DNA from: a virus
Length of the DNA stretch: 64,000 bases
Reading direction: 5' to 3' (one strand)
IMG/VR virus record: IMGVR_UViG_3300050821_005814
Location: 32,001-96,000 of that record
Shown: positions 26,277 to 36,037 of the stretch, one piece after another
How positions within the stretch are numbered: position 1 is the stretch's first letter
Layout: each line of letters begins with the position of its first letter
The notes under the pieces: generated by a model
What the model was told of the DNA's origin: nothing
Databases searched by the model: none
What the model saw: the letters and a program-made list of their open reading frames with translations, nothing else
Made by a program: the position numbers and the translations under genes

Positions 26277-27041
26277 ATGGCTGAAATGATCACCTCGAAT
26301 CGCGCTGGCCCCCTCGCTAAGCGCGTATTGCTCTACTCAGGCGGCATGGATAGCGTCTGCTTTGACAACCTGCTCTTGCCTGACGTTTGCCTGTATGTGC
26401 GCAACAAAGCGCCCTATGCTGCATGCGAAGACTACTGCGTCGAGAAACTCGAGGCGCAGGACAAGATCAAAGGTGAGCTTGTGACACTCGATGCCAATGT
26501 GCTCGATCTCTCGCAATGGGAGCGCGATGACGCAATCGTGCCCAACCGCAATGCGCATCTCGTCCTACTCGCAAGCAACTATGGCGACCAGATCTATCTC
26601 AGTTCGGTCTATGGCGATCGATCCAACGACAAGGATGAGAAGTTCTACCGCCTGATGGAAATGCTACTCGGGCATATGTGGGATGAGCAGCATTGGACAA
26701 AGCGCCGGCGCTTCCGTATCTCAAGTCCCTTCAAGATGTGGACGAAATCAACGCTTGTCGACCGCTACTTGTCTCGCGGAGGTGACCACCTTGCGCTGCT
26801 GACATCCTACTCCTGCTACCGCGGGCAACCCAAGCATTGCGGCATCTGCAAGCCTTGCTTCCGCAAACGCGTCGCGCTCGAGAACAACTATATCGAAGTG
26901 CCGCGGGGTTACTTCGAGGATGACTTCTGGCGCCAAGACTGGTTTCATGAACTGCTGCCGCGCATGCAGGAAGGCAAGTATCGAGGCGATGAGGACAAGG
27001 ATGTACTCAAGTTCCTGCGGCTAAGGAATTTGCTTGCATAG
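26277..27041 (+). CDS. queC: 7-cyano-7-deazaguanine synthase
   Basis: LLYSGGMDS, VPNRN, SYSCY...HCGICKPCFRK. Confidence 0.92.
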   Translation: MAEMITSNRAGPLAKRVLLYSGGMDSVCFDNLLLPDVCLYVRNKAPYAACEDYCVEKLEAQDKIKGELVTLDANVLDLSQWERDDAIVPNRNAHLVLLASNYGDQIYLSSVYGDRSNDKDEKFYRLMEMLLGHMWDEQHWTKRRRFRISSPFKMWTKSTLVDRYLSRGGDHLALLTSYSCYRGQPKHCGICKPCFRKRVALENNYIEVPRGYFEDDFWRQDWFHELLPRMQEGKYRGDEDKDVLKFLRLRNLLA

Positions 27042-27090
27042 CGCTGCGCATAGCTACTAGCTTGCGCAGCCTAATGGGAGAACAGTAATC

Positions 27091-27321
27091 ATGGTTGCGA
27101 GCGTAAGCTCAATTGAGGCAGTCGTACGCATAGTGCGAAAGCATGTCTCAGATGAGAAGTTTCAGGTCATCGTGTCTGAGTTGATCGATGTGCCTGGTAA
27201 TGCATCGTTCCGCGAGTCGGTCATGCGCCTCGCCGACCTTGCTAACATTGGGCTTGATGGGCGGCCAACGCATGTGCGGCAGATCCGCAAGCGCGTGCGG
27301 CTTGTGCGGGTGAAGCTATGA
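27091..27321 (+). CDS. Hypothetical protein
   Basis: 76 aa, preceded by AATGGGAGAAC. Confidence 0.65.
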   Translation: MVASVSSIEAVVRIVRKHVSDEKFQVIVSELIDVPGNASFRESVMRLADLANIGLDGRPTHVRQIRKRVRLVRVKL

Positions 27322-27647
27322 CCGACACATCTCATGACTTCAGCGGCAAGTACGATGCATGGGAACTGCGCGTGTTCGATAGCGCGACAAGCTTCTCATG
27401 CGTCACGGTCTATGGCGGTGGTAGACGCGATAGGGCGGTGTTCTCCGATCTGCCCAGCGCCTTTAACGCAGCGCGCGACATGCAGCGCACATGCGTGTAT
27501 GCAGTGTCAGGCTTTGGTCACGGCATCTGCCTCGACCGCAAGCTATGGGATGTCTGGTTAGAGCGCTGGAACGAGAACCAACTGAGTAAGAAGATCACGC
27601 CGCGGCCTGTCAAGCGCCGCCGACGCGAGGCACTTGCATCTACCTAA
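27318..27647 (+). CDS. Hypothetical protein
   Basis: 109 aa, ATGA-coupled. Confidence 0.65.
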   Translation: MTDTSHDFSGKYDAWELRVFDSATSFSCVTVYGGGRRDRAVFSDLPSAFNAARDMQRTCVYAVSGFGHGICLDRKLWDVWLERWNENQLSKKITPRPVKRRRREALAST

Positions 27648-27673
27648 GCAAGTGCACTAGGACGACCTGTGCT

Positions 27674-27683
27674 TGGTATATTG
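27674..27683 (+). promoter_or_regulatory. Phage promoter motif TGGTATATTG
   Basis: Intergenic, before the histone-like gene. Confidence 0.6.
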
Positions 27684-27718
27684 CTAAGTCGGGAACACAA
27701 TGAGTCAGGAGCTAAGCG

Positions 27719-28351
27719 ATGGCTAACAAGACTGTCTACGACCTGCTGCTCGCCTTCGTGAAGGAGCAGGATGCTGACTTCGAGGAGCGCACCGAGAAGG
27801 AGACCGACCAGAAGTATCTCGCGCGCATGATGACCGTCATCTCGGAAGCAGACGAGGAAGTCTGGAACGGGCTCGACGAAGACGCGCAGAGCTGGTTCAA
27901 CGACGCGGCGATCGCGCGCAAAAAGCGGAAGGATGTCGACCTGCCAGACGGTTACGAGGCAGCGCCTGTGCCGGAGAAGGCAGCGCGCAAGAAGTCCGGT
28001 GCTGAGGCACTCGCTGAGACGACCGCCAAGAAGGCGGCTGGCAAGAAGGCGGCTGCACCTGCAAAGAAGGAAGCAGCTAAAAAGCAGGCTGCCCCGGCGA
28101 AGAAGGCGGCTGCCAAGAAGGAAGCTGCACCGAAGAAGGCTGCTGCTGCGACGAAGCCGAAGAAGGAACTGTCGGCTGCGCAGTTCATGCGGCAACTCGT
28201 CATCAAAAAGCACAACATCACAAACGAGGAAGTCGCGGAGAAGGTCGCCGCCAAGTTCGAGGACATCAGTGCAGCCACAATCGCCGCAACCGCGGGATTC
28301 ACGCGAAGCGTCATTCGCGACATGATCGAGATGGGCGTGCTATCGAGTTAA
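27719..28351 (+). CDS. Histone H1-like (AKK-rich) DNA-binding protein
   Basis: Acidic N-domain, KKAAAPAKK repeats, small C-terminal helical domain; has its own promoter and terminator. Confidence 0.75.
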   Translation: MANKTVYDLLLAFVKEQDADFEERTEKETDQKYLARMMTVISEADEEVWNGLDEDAQSWFNDAAIARKKRKDVDLPDGYEAAPVPEKAARKKSGAEALAETTAKKAAGKKAAAPAKKEAAKKQAAPAKKAAAKKEAAPKKAAAATKPKKELSAAQFMRQLVIKKHNITNEEVAEKVAAKFEDISAATIAATAGFTRSVIRDMIEMGVLSS

Positions 28352-28397
28352 CCTCCGCGTCTCTAGTTCTCCCAGGACAGCGTAGAGGTTGGCGGGA

Positions 28398-28434
28398 GGG
28401 GGCGGTCCTTGAGCGAGGCCGCCCCCTTTCTTTT
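28398..28434 (+). terminator. Rho-independent terminator
   Basis: GGGGGCGGT...GCCGCCCCC followed by TTTCTTTT. Confidence 0.85.
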
Positions 28435-28510
28435 GCAGCCTACCCCTAGCATGACAGCGCCCCTAATGCTGGAAGCTGCGGAGCCCCCCGTCCTAGCTCG
28501 CTCGCGATGG

Positions 28511-28520
28511 GGGTATATTG
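28511..28520 (+). promoter_or_regulatory. Phage promoter motif GGGTATATTG
   Basis: Intergenic, 30 nt before folE. Confidence 0.6.
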
Positions 28521-28549
28521 CTTAGCTGGACCCCATTTGCAGGACCGTC

Positions 28550-29176
28550 ATGTCAATGCACCCCGATGACTTCGCGCTCCCGCTTGAGCGCTCGCTTGAG
28601 CGCCCTTCCAAGTTTGACGCGCTAGCCGCTATGCGCACCATACTGCGTTACATAGGCGAAGACCCCTTGCGACCAGGCTTGCTTGAAACGCCAGACCGCG
28701 TGTTGCGCGCATGGGAACGCGAATGGGGGCGCGGGTATCGTGAAGACCCCAGCAAGTTTGCCCGGCTGTTCGAGGAAGAGCAGCCCTTCTATGACTCCAT
28801 GGTCATCGTGCGACACATTCGTGTGCGCAGCATGTGCGAGCACCACATGGCACCATTCATCGGCTACGCGCATGTCGGCTACCTGCCGAAAGACGCGCGA
28901 CATGTCGTTGGCATCTCGAAGCTTGCGCGCATCGTTGATCACTTCTCCCGCCGCTTGCAGGTGCAGGAACGCCTGACCTACGAGATCGTAGACTTCATCA
29001 TGGACAAGATCACCGATCTCGGGGCTGGCGTCATCATATGTGCCAAGCATACCTGCATGTGTACGCGTGGCGTGAATGAGGCGGAGGCTGAGACCGTTAC
29101 GTCAGCGCTGAAGGGGGCATTCTTTGACAACCCTGAAACGCGGTCCGAGTTCCTGCGCTTAGCGCATCCTAAATAG
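28550..29176 (+). CDS. folE: GTP cyclohydrolase I
   Basis: GLLETPDRV, SMCEHHMAPF, GISKLAR, RRLQVQERLT, HTCMCTRG. Confidence 0.96.
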   Translation: MSMHPDDFALPLERSLERPSKFDALAAMRTILRYIGEDPLRPGLLETPDRVLRAWEREWGRGYREDPSKFARLFEEEQPFYDSMVIVRHIRVRSMCEHHMAPFIGYAHVGYLPKDARHVVGISKLARIVDHFSRRLQVQERLTYEIVDFIMDKITDLGAGVIICAKHTCMCTRGVNEAEAETVTSALKGAFFDNPETRSEFLRLAHPK

Positions 29177-29185
29177 GAGAGCACT

Positions 29186-29830
29186 ATGAGTAAGCTTGTA
29201 ATCTCCATTGACGACAACATCATCTTCAAGCTGTTTCAGCAATCGAGCCTGATGCCTCCATGCATGTTGAAGATCGGTTGGTTGCAGGTGCTTGCTGCGA
29301 CCGCTGCGACGACGTTCGCTGGCCACATGCTGGATGTCAAGCTGTTCGATACGCCAGACAAGGTCTATAAGATTGTCAGCGATTTGACGCACCACTTTGA
29401 ACCCGCCTTTCTGTCTGTGCATGCGGCAGGAGGGCGCGAGATGCTCAATGCTGCATATGCCGCGGCGGCGGGGACGAACACGGAGCTGTTCGCAGTTGGC
29501 GTAATGACAACCGATCATGCAGCAAGAGGGATTGAGGAACTATCGCGCAATGTCGAGCTTGCTACGATGGCGCTGGAGACAGGTATCAACTATCTAAGTT
29601 GCAGTATGGATTCTGTGCATTTCCTGAAGACGATGTTCCCGGCGCTCAAGCTAATCGTGCCCGGCATCCGCATGGGCAACAGCGACCTTCGTATGGTCAA
29701 GGACCATGCGCGCGTGCACGAACCGACAGACCGACGTGTCGACTACTACGTCGTCGGGCGACCTATCACGCAATCGGCAGCACCCTTTGTGGAGGCGAAG
29801 CGTTACTTCGATGTGATCGATGCCCTCTAA
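29186..29830 (+). CDS. pyrF: OMP decarboxylase-like protein
   Basis: LKIG, LDVKLFD (DxKxxD), SVHAAGG, VPGIR, VVGRPITQS. Confidence 0.85.
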   Translation: MSKLVISIDDNIIFKLFQQSSLMPPCMLKIGWLQVLAATAATTFAGHMLDVKLFDTPDKVYKIVSDLTHHFEPAFLSVHAAGGREMLNAAYAAAAGTNTELFAVGVMTTDHAARGIEELSRNVELATMALETGINYLSCSMDSVHFLKTMFPALKLIVPGIRMGNSDLRMVKDHARVHEPTDRRVDYYVVGRPITQSAAPFVEAKRYFDVIDAL

Positions 29831-30884
29831 GCGCAAGGCGGGCACGCCGAAAGTCTGCATGCTCATAGATAGCGGCGCCTACTCAGCGTGGCGATTGAAG
29901 AAGCCAGTCAACCTCGATCAGTACTGCGACTTCTTGAAAGCCAATCTCGACTGGATCAACGGCTATGTCAACATGGATGTCATCATCCCGGAAGACCCTG
30001 AGAAGGCAGCAGCAGCAGGCTTCGAGAACTTTAAGTGCATGCGGCGCAAGGGACTCAATCCCATCCCTGTTGTGCACGCAGGCGAGGACATCAAGTGGAC
30101 CTATCGCTATCTCGATGCGAAGTGTGACTACCTGGGGATTTCCTCATCCATGTTAGGGCATCGTCCAGGCGGCATGGCGGACGACTGGTATGCGGAGGTC
30201 TGGTCGCATCTCGTTGACAGTCAGGGTAATCCCATCGTCAAGACGCATGCGTTCGGCGAGGGGCGGCAGGAAGCTATGCAGCGCTTCCCCTGGTACTCCG
30301 CTGACAGCGCGAGCTGGATTTATGCGTCGCAGCGCAGCGGACGTGTCAAGCTTATTGGCGGGCGTGATGTGCAGTTCCGTGCTGACGGTCTGCATACCGA
30401 ACGCGAACCCGACATCCTATCACTCGCCAAACATGATCACGGCGAGTTTAGCCGCATACTGGCAGACGAAGGGATTGACTGGGAAAGCTTCAAGGAGCGT
30501 TCAGGTCGCCCCGCCTACACCATTCGCACCTATTTGACCTGCAAGTACTTCCTTTGGTTGGAGAAGTACATACGCGGCATGCAGCCGATTGCTTTCCATC
30601 CGACATCCTTGTTTGGGCGCCCAAAGGTGAAGCTGCCGGGCATTCGGCTTAACGCATTCAACCTGCATCTCGTGCTTGGCGGCAATGCGTCAGCGCAAGC
30701 TGTGTTTGCGCATGCAGGCGGGACAAACGCCCTTGTGTCATTCTTTCACATCCTCGAGTTTGCGCACTACGCGACACTTCGCGACTTCGTGTATAATCCT
30801 CTCAAGACCTGTCAAACAGCAGAGCATCTGAAAGGGTACTACGATGTCATCGACAAGCTCGTTAAAGCGCCGGCAGCAGCGTAA
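29820..30884 (+). CDS. dpdA: DpdA-like (TGT-family) deazaguanine DNA transglycosylase
   Basis: IDSGAYSAW, NMDVI, PIPVVHAGE, HAFG, PWYSADSASW; located with folE/queC/D/E. Confidence 0.82.
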   Translation: MPSKRKAGTPKVCMLIDSGAYSAWRLKKPVNLDQYCDFLKANLDWINGYVNMDVIIPEDPEKAAAAGFENFKCMRRKGLNPIPVVHAGEDIKWTYRYLDAKCDYLGISSSMLGHRPGGMADDWYAEVWSHLVDSQGNPIVKTHAFGEGRQEAMQRFPWYSADSASWIYASQRSGRVKLIGGRDVQFRADGLHTEREPDILSLAKHDHGEFSRILADEGIDWESFKERSGRPAYTIRTYLTCKYFLWLEKYIRGMQPIAFHPTSLFGRPKVKLPGIRLNAFNLHLVLGGNASAQAVFAHAGGTNALVSFFHILEFAHYATLRDFVYNPLKTCQTAEHLKGYYDVIDKLVKAPAAA

Positions 30885-30897
30885 GAGCAGCGCGAAC

Positions 30898-31272
30898 ATG
30901 CAGCGCTTGTTGCATGCGCGTAAAGTGATGGAGCAGGTGCGTGATGAGCAGCGGCCATTCAATATGGCGACGTGGTTTGCGCCATCTGATCCAGAGTATG
31001 CGCATGACTGCCAGACTGCCGCTTGCTTTGGCGGTTGGTGCGCGCGAGATCCGCTGTTTCAGGCTGAGGGACTCGGAATCTTTATGGAGATGCCAGCTTA
31101 CAGCGACAGGGTAGGGTCAGTCGCACTAGCGAACTTCTTCAACATTAAGCTGCCCGACGCCAAGTTCCTGACGCTGCCGCGTAATTATGAGGAGCTCGTC
31201 GGCACCGCTGACAGAATCCAACCGCAACACGTCATCGACCATCTCGACATAGTCATAAAGAGGTACTCATGA
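30898..31272 (+). CDS. Hypothetical protein
   Basis: FNMATW...CQTAACFGGW. Confidence 0.7.
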   Translation: MQRLLHARKVMEQVRDEQRPFNMATWFAPSDPEYAHDCQTAACFGGWCARDPLFQAEGLGIFMEMPAYSDRVGSVALANFFNIKLPDAKFLTLPRNYEELVGTADRIQPQHVIDHLDIVIKRYS

Positions 31273-32348
31273 ATAGCTCTGAGCTCAATGCAGCTCTCAA
31301 GCCGTTTCGGCAGATCGCAAACAACAATGCGCTCTCGCCAATCTACCGCTCCCTCGCTGTGTCAGCGAAGCGCATACGAGGAGAAGCAAGCTTCGCGCAT
31401 TTGGATGCAGCAGTCGACTTGCCGCTTGAACGCGAGATCTGCGTTGACACACGTATCTTCCTTGCAGTTGTCGACTCGCTGCCAAGCAACAGCGACCTGA
31501 CGCTTGAAGCCAACGAGAACGTCCTCGCATGGAAGTGCGGTTCGGCGTCCGGCCGCCTAGCACTCGCTGCAATCGACATCCCAAAGGTCCCCTGGCCGCG
31601 CACAGGTAATGCAGCGTTCACACCAACAGACGCATTCAAGCAAGCACTCGAACTTGGTGCGCTCTCATGCGCTGACCAGACTACGGACTCGTCAGGACTG
31701 CGGGGCGTTGTCATTGACAACCGCGGCGACCTGACTATCGCGTCGTCAGACGCAACGACGCTCAGCGTTGCAAGCCTAGACCTTGGGTTCAAGGACTGGC
31801 CGGATCTCGTGACGATGCCGCCAGACGGTATGCGCTTGCTCGCGAGCGTGATCACGGCAGATGAGGGTGATCTCGCATTCCAAGCGGCGGGTAAAGCAGG
31901 CGACCCAGCGCACATGTACTACTCTGACACGAAGCTGCGCTGCGCTATCCCGCAAGCGAAAGCATTGACGCGTGATCTCGCTAAGACCGTGAAGGAGTAC
32001 TCCGGCGAGAAGGTCACAGCCGAACTACCGCGGGAGCGTGTGCGCGCGTTCATCAAGCGCATCGCAGCGCTGGCGGAGAGCCGCTACGATGCATACGTTG
32101 AACTCGGCGCCAAGAAGGGTCGCCTGACATTGGGGTTTATGGAAGGCGTCGTAACGACCGACGAGTACTACCTCGTCGAGAGCCTCAAGAAGATCCCCGA
32201 TCTTGAGCCCGTCCGCCTCAATGCAATCAAGCTTGGGCGAGCGCTTGAGCACGTTGATCGCGTCGTACTGGACTACATCGACAAACGTGCTGTCGTACTG
32301 CGCGGCGATGGGTTCGGCTACATCATTGCAGGCCATTCCCCGAAATGA
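31269..32348 (+). CDS. DNA polymerase III beta-clamp-like protein
   Basis: 359 aa with clamp-like size and periodicity; LRGVVI...IASSDATTLS resembles the DnaN ATDGxRL region. Confidence 0.7.
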   Translation: MNSSELNAALKPFRQIANNNALSPIYRSLAVSAKRIRGEASFAHLDAAVDLPLEREICVDTRIFLAVVDSLPSNSDLTLEANENVLAWKCGSASGRLALAAIDIPKVPWPRTGNAAFTPTDAFKQALELGALSCADQTTDSSGLRGVVIDNRGDLTIASSDATTLSVASLDLGFKDWPDLVTMPPDGMRLLASVITADEGDLAFQAAGKAGDPAHMYYSDTKLRCAIPQAKALTRDLAKTVKEYSGEKVTAELPRERVRAFIKRIAALAESRYDAYVELGAKKGRLTLGFMEGVVTTDEYYLVESLKKIPDLEPVRLNAIKLGRALEHVDRVVLDYIDKRAVVLRGDGFGYIIAGHSPK

Positions 32349-32638
32349 CACTCGTTCGCGCGCTGACAGTCGGCGGTCTGCATGATGGTGATTGGGTCGA
32401 GGTAGACCCAACGATCCAAGTGCATCGGCGGTACGTGCAGACAAATTACTACCCCGTGACTGCATATGGTCTCACGCTACCGCAGCCTGAGCTACAAGCA
32501 GTGCACTATGCGCTGCATAAGTTCCTTGGCGCATCGCACAGGGAGATGTTCTTCTTTCTTACACCGCAAAAAGCTGACCCCGACATAATCATTCGCGCAC
32601 TCATGACGACCTATCACAAAAGCCGTAAAAAGCCATGA
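32345..32638 (+). CDS. Hypothetical protein
   Basis: 97 aa, GGLHDG motif. Confidence 0.6.
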   Translation: MTLVRALTVGGLHDGDWVEVDPTIQVHRRYVQTNYYPVTAYGLTLPQPELQAVHYALHKFLGASHREMFFFLTPQKADPDIIIRALMTTYHKSRKKP

Positions 32639-32667
32639 TCTACCAACTGCACCCAAAGGAGACACCA

Positions 32668-33120
32668 ATGCCTGGTAAGCCCATTCTCTGCCTCGACTTT
32701 GACGGCGTCGTTCATCGCTATTCGCAGGGATGGAAAGGCGTTGACGTCATCTATGATGATGTTGTCCCTGGGTTCTTTGAGTGGGCTGCGAAAGCGCGCG
32801 ATCACTTCGAGCTTGTGATCTACTCGTCGCGATCCAAGTACTCCGAAGGGCTCGCTGCGATGCTAGAATGGCTCGGCACGCAGTTGACTAGCTGGAAGAC
32901 CAGCAACATAGTCAGCATTGAACTCCCGCCTTATCTCTCCGACTTCACATTTGCGCATGAGAAGCCGCCTGCTTTCCTCATCATTGACGACCGCGCAATA
33001 CAGTTCCGCGGCGACTGGTCAGCATGGTGGCTTGAGCCAGAGAAACTGCGCGCGTTCAAAGCATGGACGAGCGGCGAGCAAGAGTCCTGCCCAACAACGC
33101 AAAGGGAGTCACAATCATGA
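32668..33120 (+). CDS. HAD-superfamily phosphatase
   Basis: CLDFDGVVH, IYSSR, KPPAFLIIDDRA. Confidence 0.85.
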   Translation: MPGKPILCLDFDGVVHRYSQGWKGVDVIYDDVVPGFFEWAAKARDHFELVIYSSRSKYSEGLAAMLEWLGTQLTSWKTSNIVSIELPPYLSDFTFAHEKPPAFLIIDDRAIQFRGDWSAWWLEPEKLRAFKAWTSGEQESCPTTQRESQS

Positions 33121-33326
33121 ACTTTTGCAAGGACTGCAAGTACTGCGAACTAGTCGTCGCCTACCAGACCTACAAGTGCACACATCCATCAGCGCTGGAC
33201 CCTGTGACCGGCGCGTCCGCCAACAGCGACTGCAATACCGCTCGCAGCAAGGATGGGTTCTGCGGTCCTGGCGGCAAGCACTGGGAAGCGAAAGAGCTGC
33301 CAATCCCTGCAATGCCTACGCGCTGA
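33117..33326 (+). CDS. Small Cys-rich protein
   Basis: FCKDCKYC...C...C..AR....CGPGGKHWE. Confidence 0.7.
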   Translation: MNFCKDCKYCELVVAYQTYKCTHPSALDPVTGASANSDCNTARSKDGFCGPGGKHWEAKELPIPAMPTR

Positions 33327-33463
33327 AATGACGCGCATTGCAACTGGACTAGCGATAGCAGCAGCTATCGCTAGTATTTTTATGGGGATCCGGTTCATCA
33401 GCAATAGCTGTGCGATGGGCGACCTCAATAGCGCTTATTCTCACTCTACGCAGGAGCGCAAAG

Positions 33464-36037
33464 ATGGCGCTACCACTCAACGGTAGTCTATTTGAGGACA
33501 TTCCATTACCAACGACCATCCCAAAGACGCGTCGCTCAGGTGGCGGCGTAGCACGCGCGAAGCGCCAGCTTAGCCCAACTGAACGAGGATGCGATCACTG
33601 CCCCCTGCGCGAAACGTGGCCCCGCCTCACATCCCCACGCATGCCTGCATGCGGGAACACAGACGACCCCGACATCTTAGTGCTTGGCGAGGGGCCGGGC
33701 GAGGAAGAGGATGCAGAGGGAGAAGTGTTCATAGGCAAGAGCGGCAAGCTCCTGCGCCAATTTATCCCTGGTAGGTTTCGCGACCGCTTAGCATTCCAAA
33801 ATGCTGTGCGTTGCCGCCCAGACGACAATCAAACGCCTGACGCTGCCGAGCTACATGCATGCAGCATTCACGTCGACGCTGACATAAAGCAGCTAGGCGT
33901 TGGTTATATCCTCGGCGTTGGAGGTGTTCCGCTCTCCCGCTTCGTGCGCGGCAAGACAGCATCCATCCTTGCGATCCACGGCGTGCGCTTCCCCGTCGAG
34001 ATCAACGGTGAGACGTTATGGTACTACCCTGTGATGCACCCCTCGTTTGTCATGCGTATGGGCGATAGCAACGAAGGGCGGGGTGAAGGTCCTGCGATGC
34101 CTGTGTTCCGCGCTGACATGAAGCGCTTCTTTGCGGAAGTCGACTCATGGCCGCGTCCAGTCATCACGCCTATGAGTCCAAAGGATGTGCTGCTACCGCG
34201 GACGCGCGATGAGGCCGAGGCGCTGCTCGCTAAGATGCATGCTCCGGTCGGTCTTGATCTTGAAACGTCATCGCCGCATCCAGACCGCGTACCAAAGCCC
34301 TATATGATCGGCGCCAAACTCGTATCAGCAGCAATTAGTGACGGGAAGACAACCTTCGCGTTCGCAGTTGACGGTAACGAATGGGGACTGGACTTCCTGC
34401 TACAAATTGCAGAGGAGCACGAATGGATCGCGCAGAATGCCAGCTATGAGCTAGCCTGGCTGATCTACATGTCGCAGACAATGCGGCGCAATCGTCCGCT
34501 CAAACGATGCCAAGATACCATGGCGCTTGCGCGCATTTACCATCAGCGCGAAACTCTCCTGTCGCTCGCTGCGATCTCGCGCATACATCTCGGCGTTGAT
34601 GTCAAACAGATCATGGAGATCAACACAACGCGTCTTGATGCCTACCCAATCGAGGAGGTTTTGCAGTACAATGGGTTGGATGCACTAGCAACAGCCCTCA
34701 TCCATCGCAAACTGCATAAGCGCGTCGACCCCATGCTGTACGAGCAGATCATGGGCCGCACATACTCTGTCGTTGACATGGAGCTTGCAGGCCTGCCTGT
34801 GTCGATTGAGGTAGCTGAGAAGCTAGCGGTGAAATGGAAAGCTAAAGCAGATGAGGCTGAAGAGGCTGCTAAGAAGCTGCATGAGGTACGCGCTTATGAG
34901 GCCGCTGCGCAGGTAGCATTCTCCATCAGCAAGCCAGCGCAGGTCGGTGAAGCGCTTGTGCTGCACGGCAAGATCAACCTGCCGAAGACCGAGAAAGGGA
35001 AGCAGTACAACACGAAGGATGAGATCCTCAATGCGGAGTGCCCCGATCATCCATTAGCGAAAGCAGTGCTGAGTTGGCGTGAAGCAACGAAGGTGCGTTC
35101 GACCTATACGCTGTGTGTGATCGAGGTGCCAACCATCTACAAGGATGGCATGCTGCATCCCGGTTACAACACAATGCTCGTGTCGACCTTCCGCTTGTCG
35201 TCAGACGACCCCAACATTCAGAACTGGCCGAAGCGCAGCGCTGCGACGCGTGAGGTACGCAGCATGATTGAGGTGCCAGAAGGTTACGTTCTCGTCCCAA
35301 TGGACCAGGGGCAGATTCAGGTACGCATTATCGCAATGGCGTCTGGCGACAAGAAGCTGATCAAGAATCTCGTTGAGGGGCATGACACGCACACAGACTG
35401 GCTGAACAACACGATCGACATCTATCCCGACTACATAGACCGCCTCGCGCAGAAGGTCGGCGAGAAGGACGAGAAGAAGATCCGTAAGTACGGCCGCAAT
35501 ATCATCAAGACAGACTTCGTCTTCTACAGTCTGTTCGGCGGGGGATACAAAGGCATCGCGCGCACAACAGGCATCCCTGAGCGCCTATCAAGGGAACTGC
35601 AAGGCGAGTTCTTCCTCGAGTTCAAAGGTGTGAAGGACTGGCAGAATAGGCAGCGCAAGCAATACGCGGACACAGGCTCGATCACCGGACTGTCTGGTGA
35701 AACGCGCCATGCAATCTTGTGGGGCAATGAGCCGCTTAACACGCCGATCCAAATGGGCGAAGCGCAGATAGTCCTTGAAGCGCAAGCTGAGTTGGCGACG
35801 AAGGCGCGTGAGACCGGCGACAAGCACTACCTACCGCGCATCAGCGTGCATGATGACCTGACCTTCATACTACCCGATGACAACCGGCTCATGGGGTATA
35901 TTGAGGAGATAGCTGAGGTCATGCTGAAGGTGCGCTACGACTGGCAAATATGCCCCTTGAGCTTGGAGGTTCAGCTTGGCACCAACTGGGCGGACCTAAC
36001 TGAGGTCCATACGTTCACGGGGGACTATATGAGATGA
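33464..36037 (+). CDS. Family A DNA polymerase with N-terminal family-4 uracil-DNA glycosylase domain
   Basis: UDG: CDHC, GEGPG, FIGKSG, NAVRCRP, HPS. Exonuclease: DLET, YNGLD. Polymerase: RLSSDDPNIQN, DQGQIQVR, VHDD. Confidence 0.95.
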   Translation: MALPLNGSLFEDIPLPTTIPKTRRSGGGVARAKRQLSPTERGCDHCPLRETWPRLTSPRMPACGNTDDPDILVLGEGPGEEEDAEGEVFIGKSGKLLRQFIPGRFRDRLAFQNAVRCRPDDNQTPDAAELHACSIHVDADIKQLGVGYILGVGGVPLSRFVRGKTASILAIHGVRFPVEINGETLWYYPVMHPSFVMRMGDSNEGRGEGPAMPVFRADMKRFFAEVDSWPRPVITPMSPKDVLLPRTRDEAEALLAKMHAPVGLDLETSSPHPDRVPKPYMIGAKLVSAAISDGKTTFAFAVDGNEWGLDFLLQIAEEHEWIAQNASYELAWLIYMSQTMRRNRPLKRCQDTMALARIYHQRETLLSLAAISRIHLGVDVKQIMEINTTRLDAYPIEEVLQYNGLDALATALIHRKLHKRVDPMLYEQIMGRTYSVVDMELAGLPVSIEVAEKLAVKWKAKADEAEEAAKKLHEVRAYEAAAQVAFSISKPAQVGEALVLHGKINLPKTEKGKQYNTKDEILNAECPDHPLAKAVLSWREATKVRSTYTLCVIEVPTIYKDGMLHPGYNTMLVSTFRLSSDDPNIQNWPKRSAATREVRSMIEVPEGYVLVPMDQGQIQVRIIAMASGDKKLIKNLVEGHDTHTDWLNNTIDIYPDYIDRLAQKVGEKDEKKIRKYGRNIIKTDFVFYSLFGGGYKGIARTTGIPERLSRELQGEFFLEFKGVKDWQNRQRKQYADTGSITGLSGETRHAILWGNEPLNTPIQMGEAQIVLEAQAELATKARETGDKHYLPRISVHDDLTFILPDDNRLMGYIEEIAEVMLKVRYDWQICPLSLEVQLGTNWADLTEVHTFTGDYMR

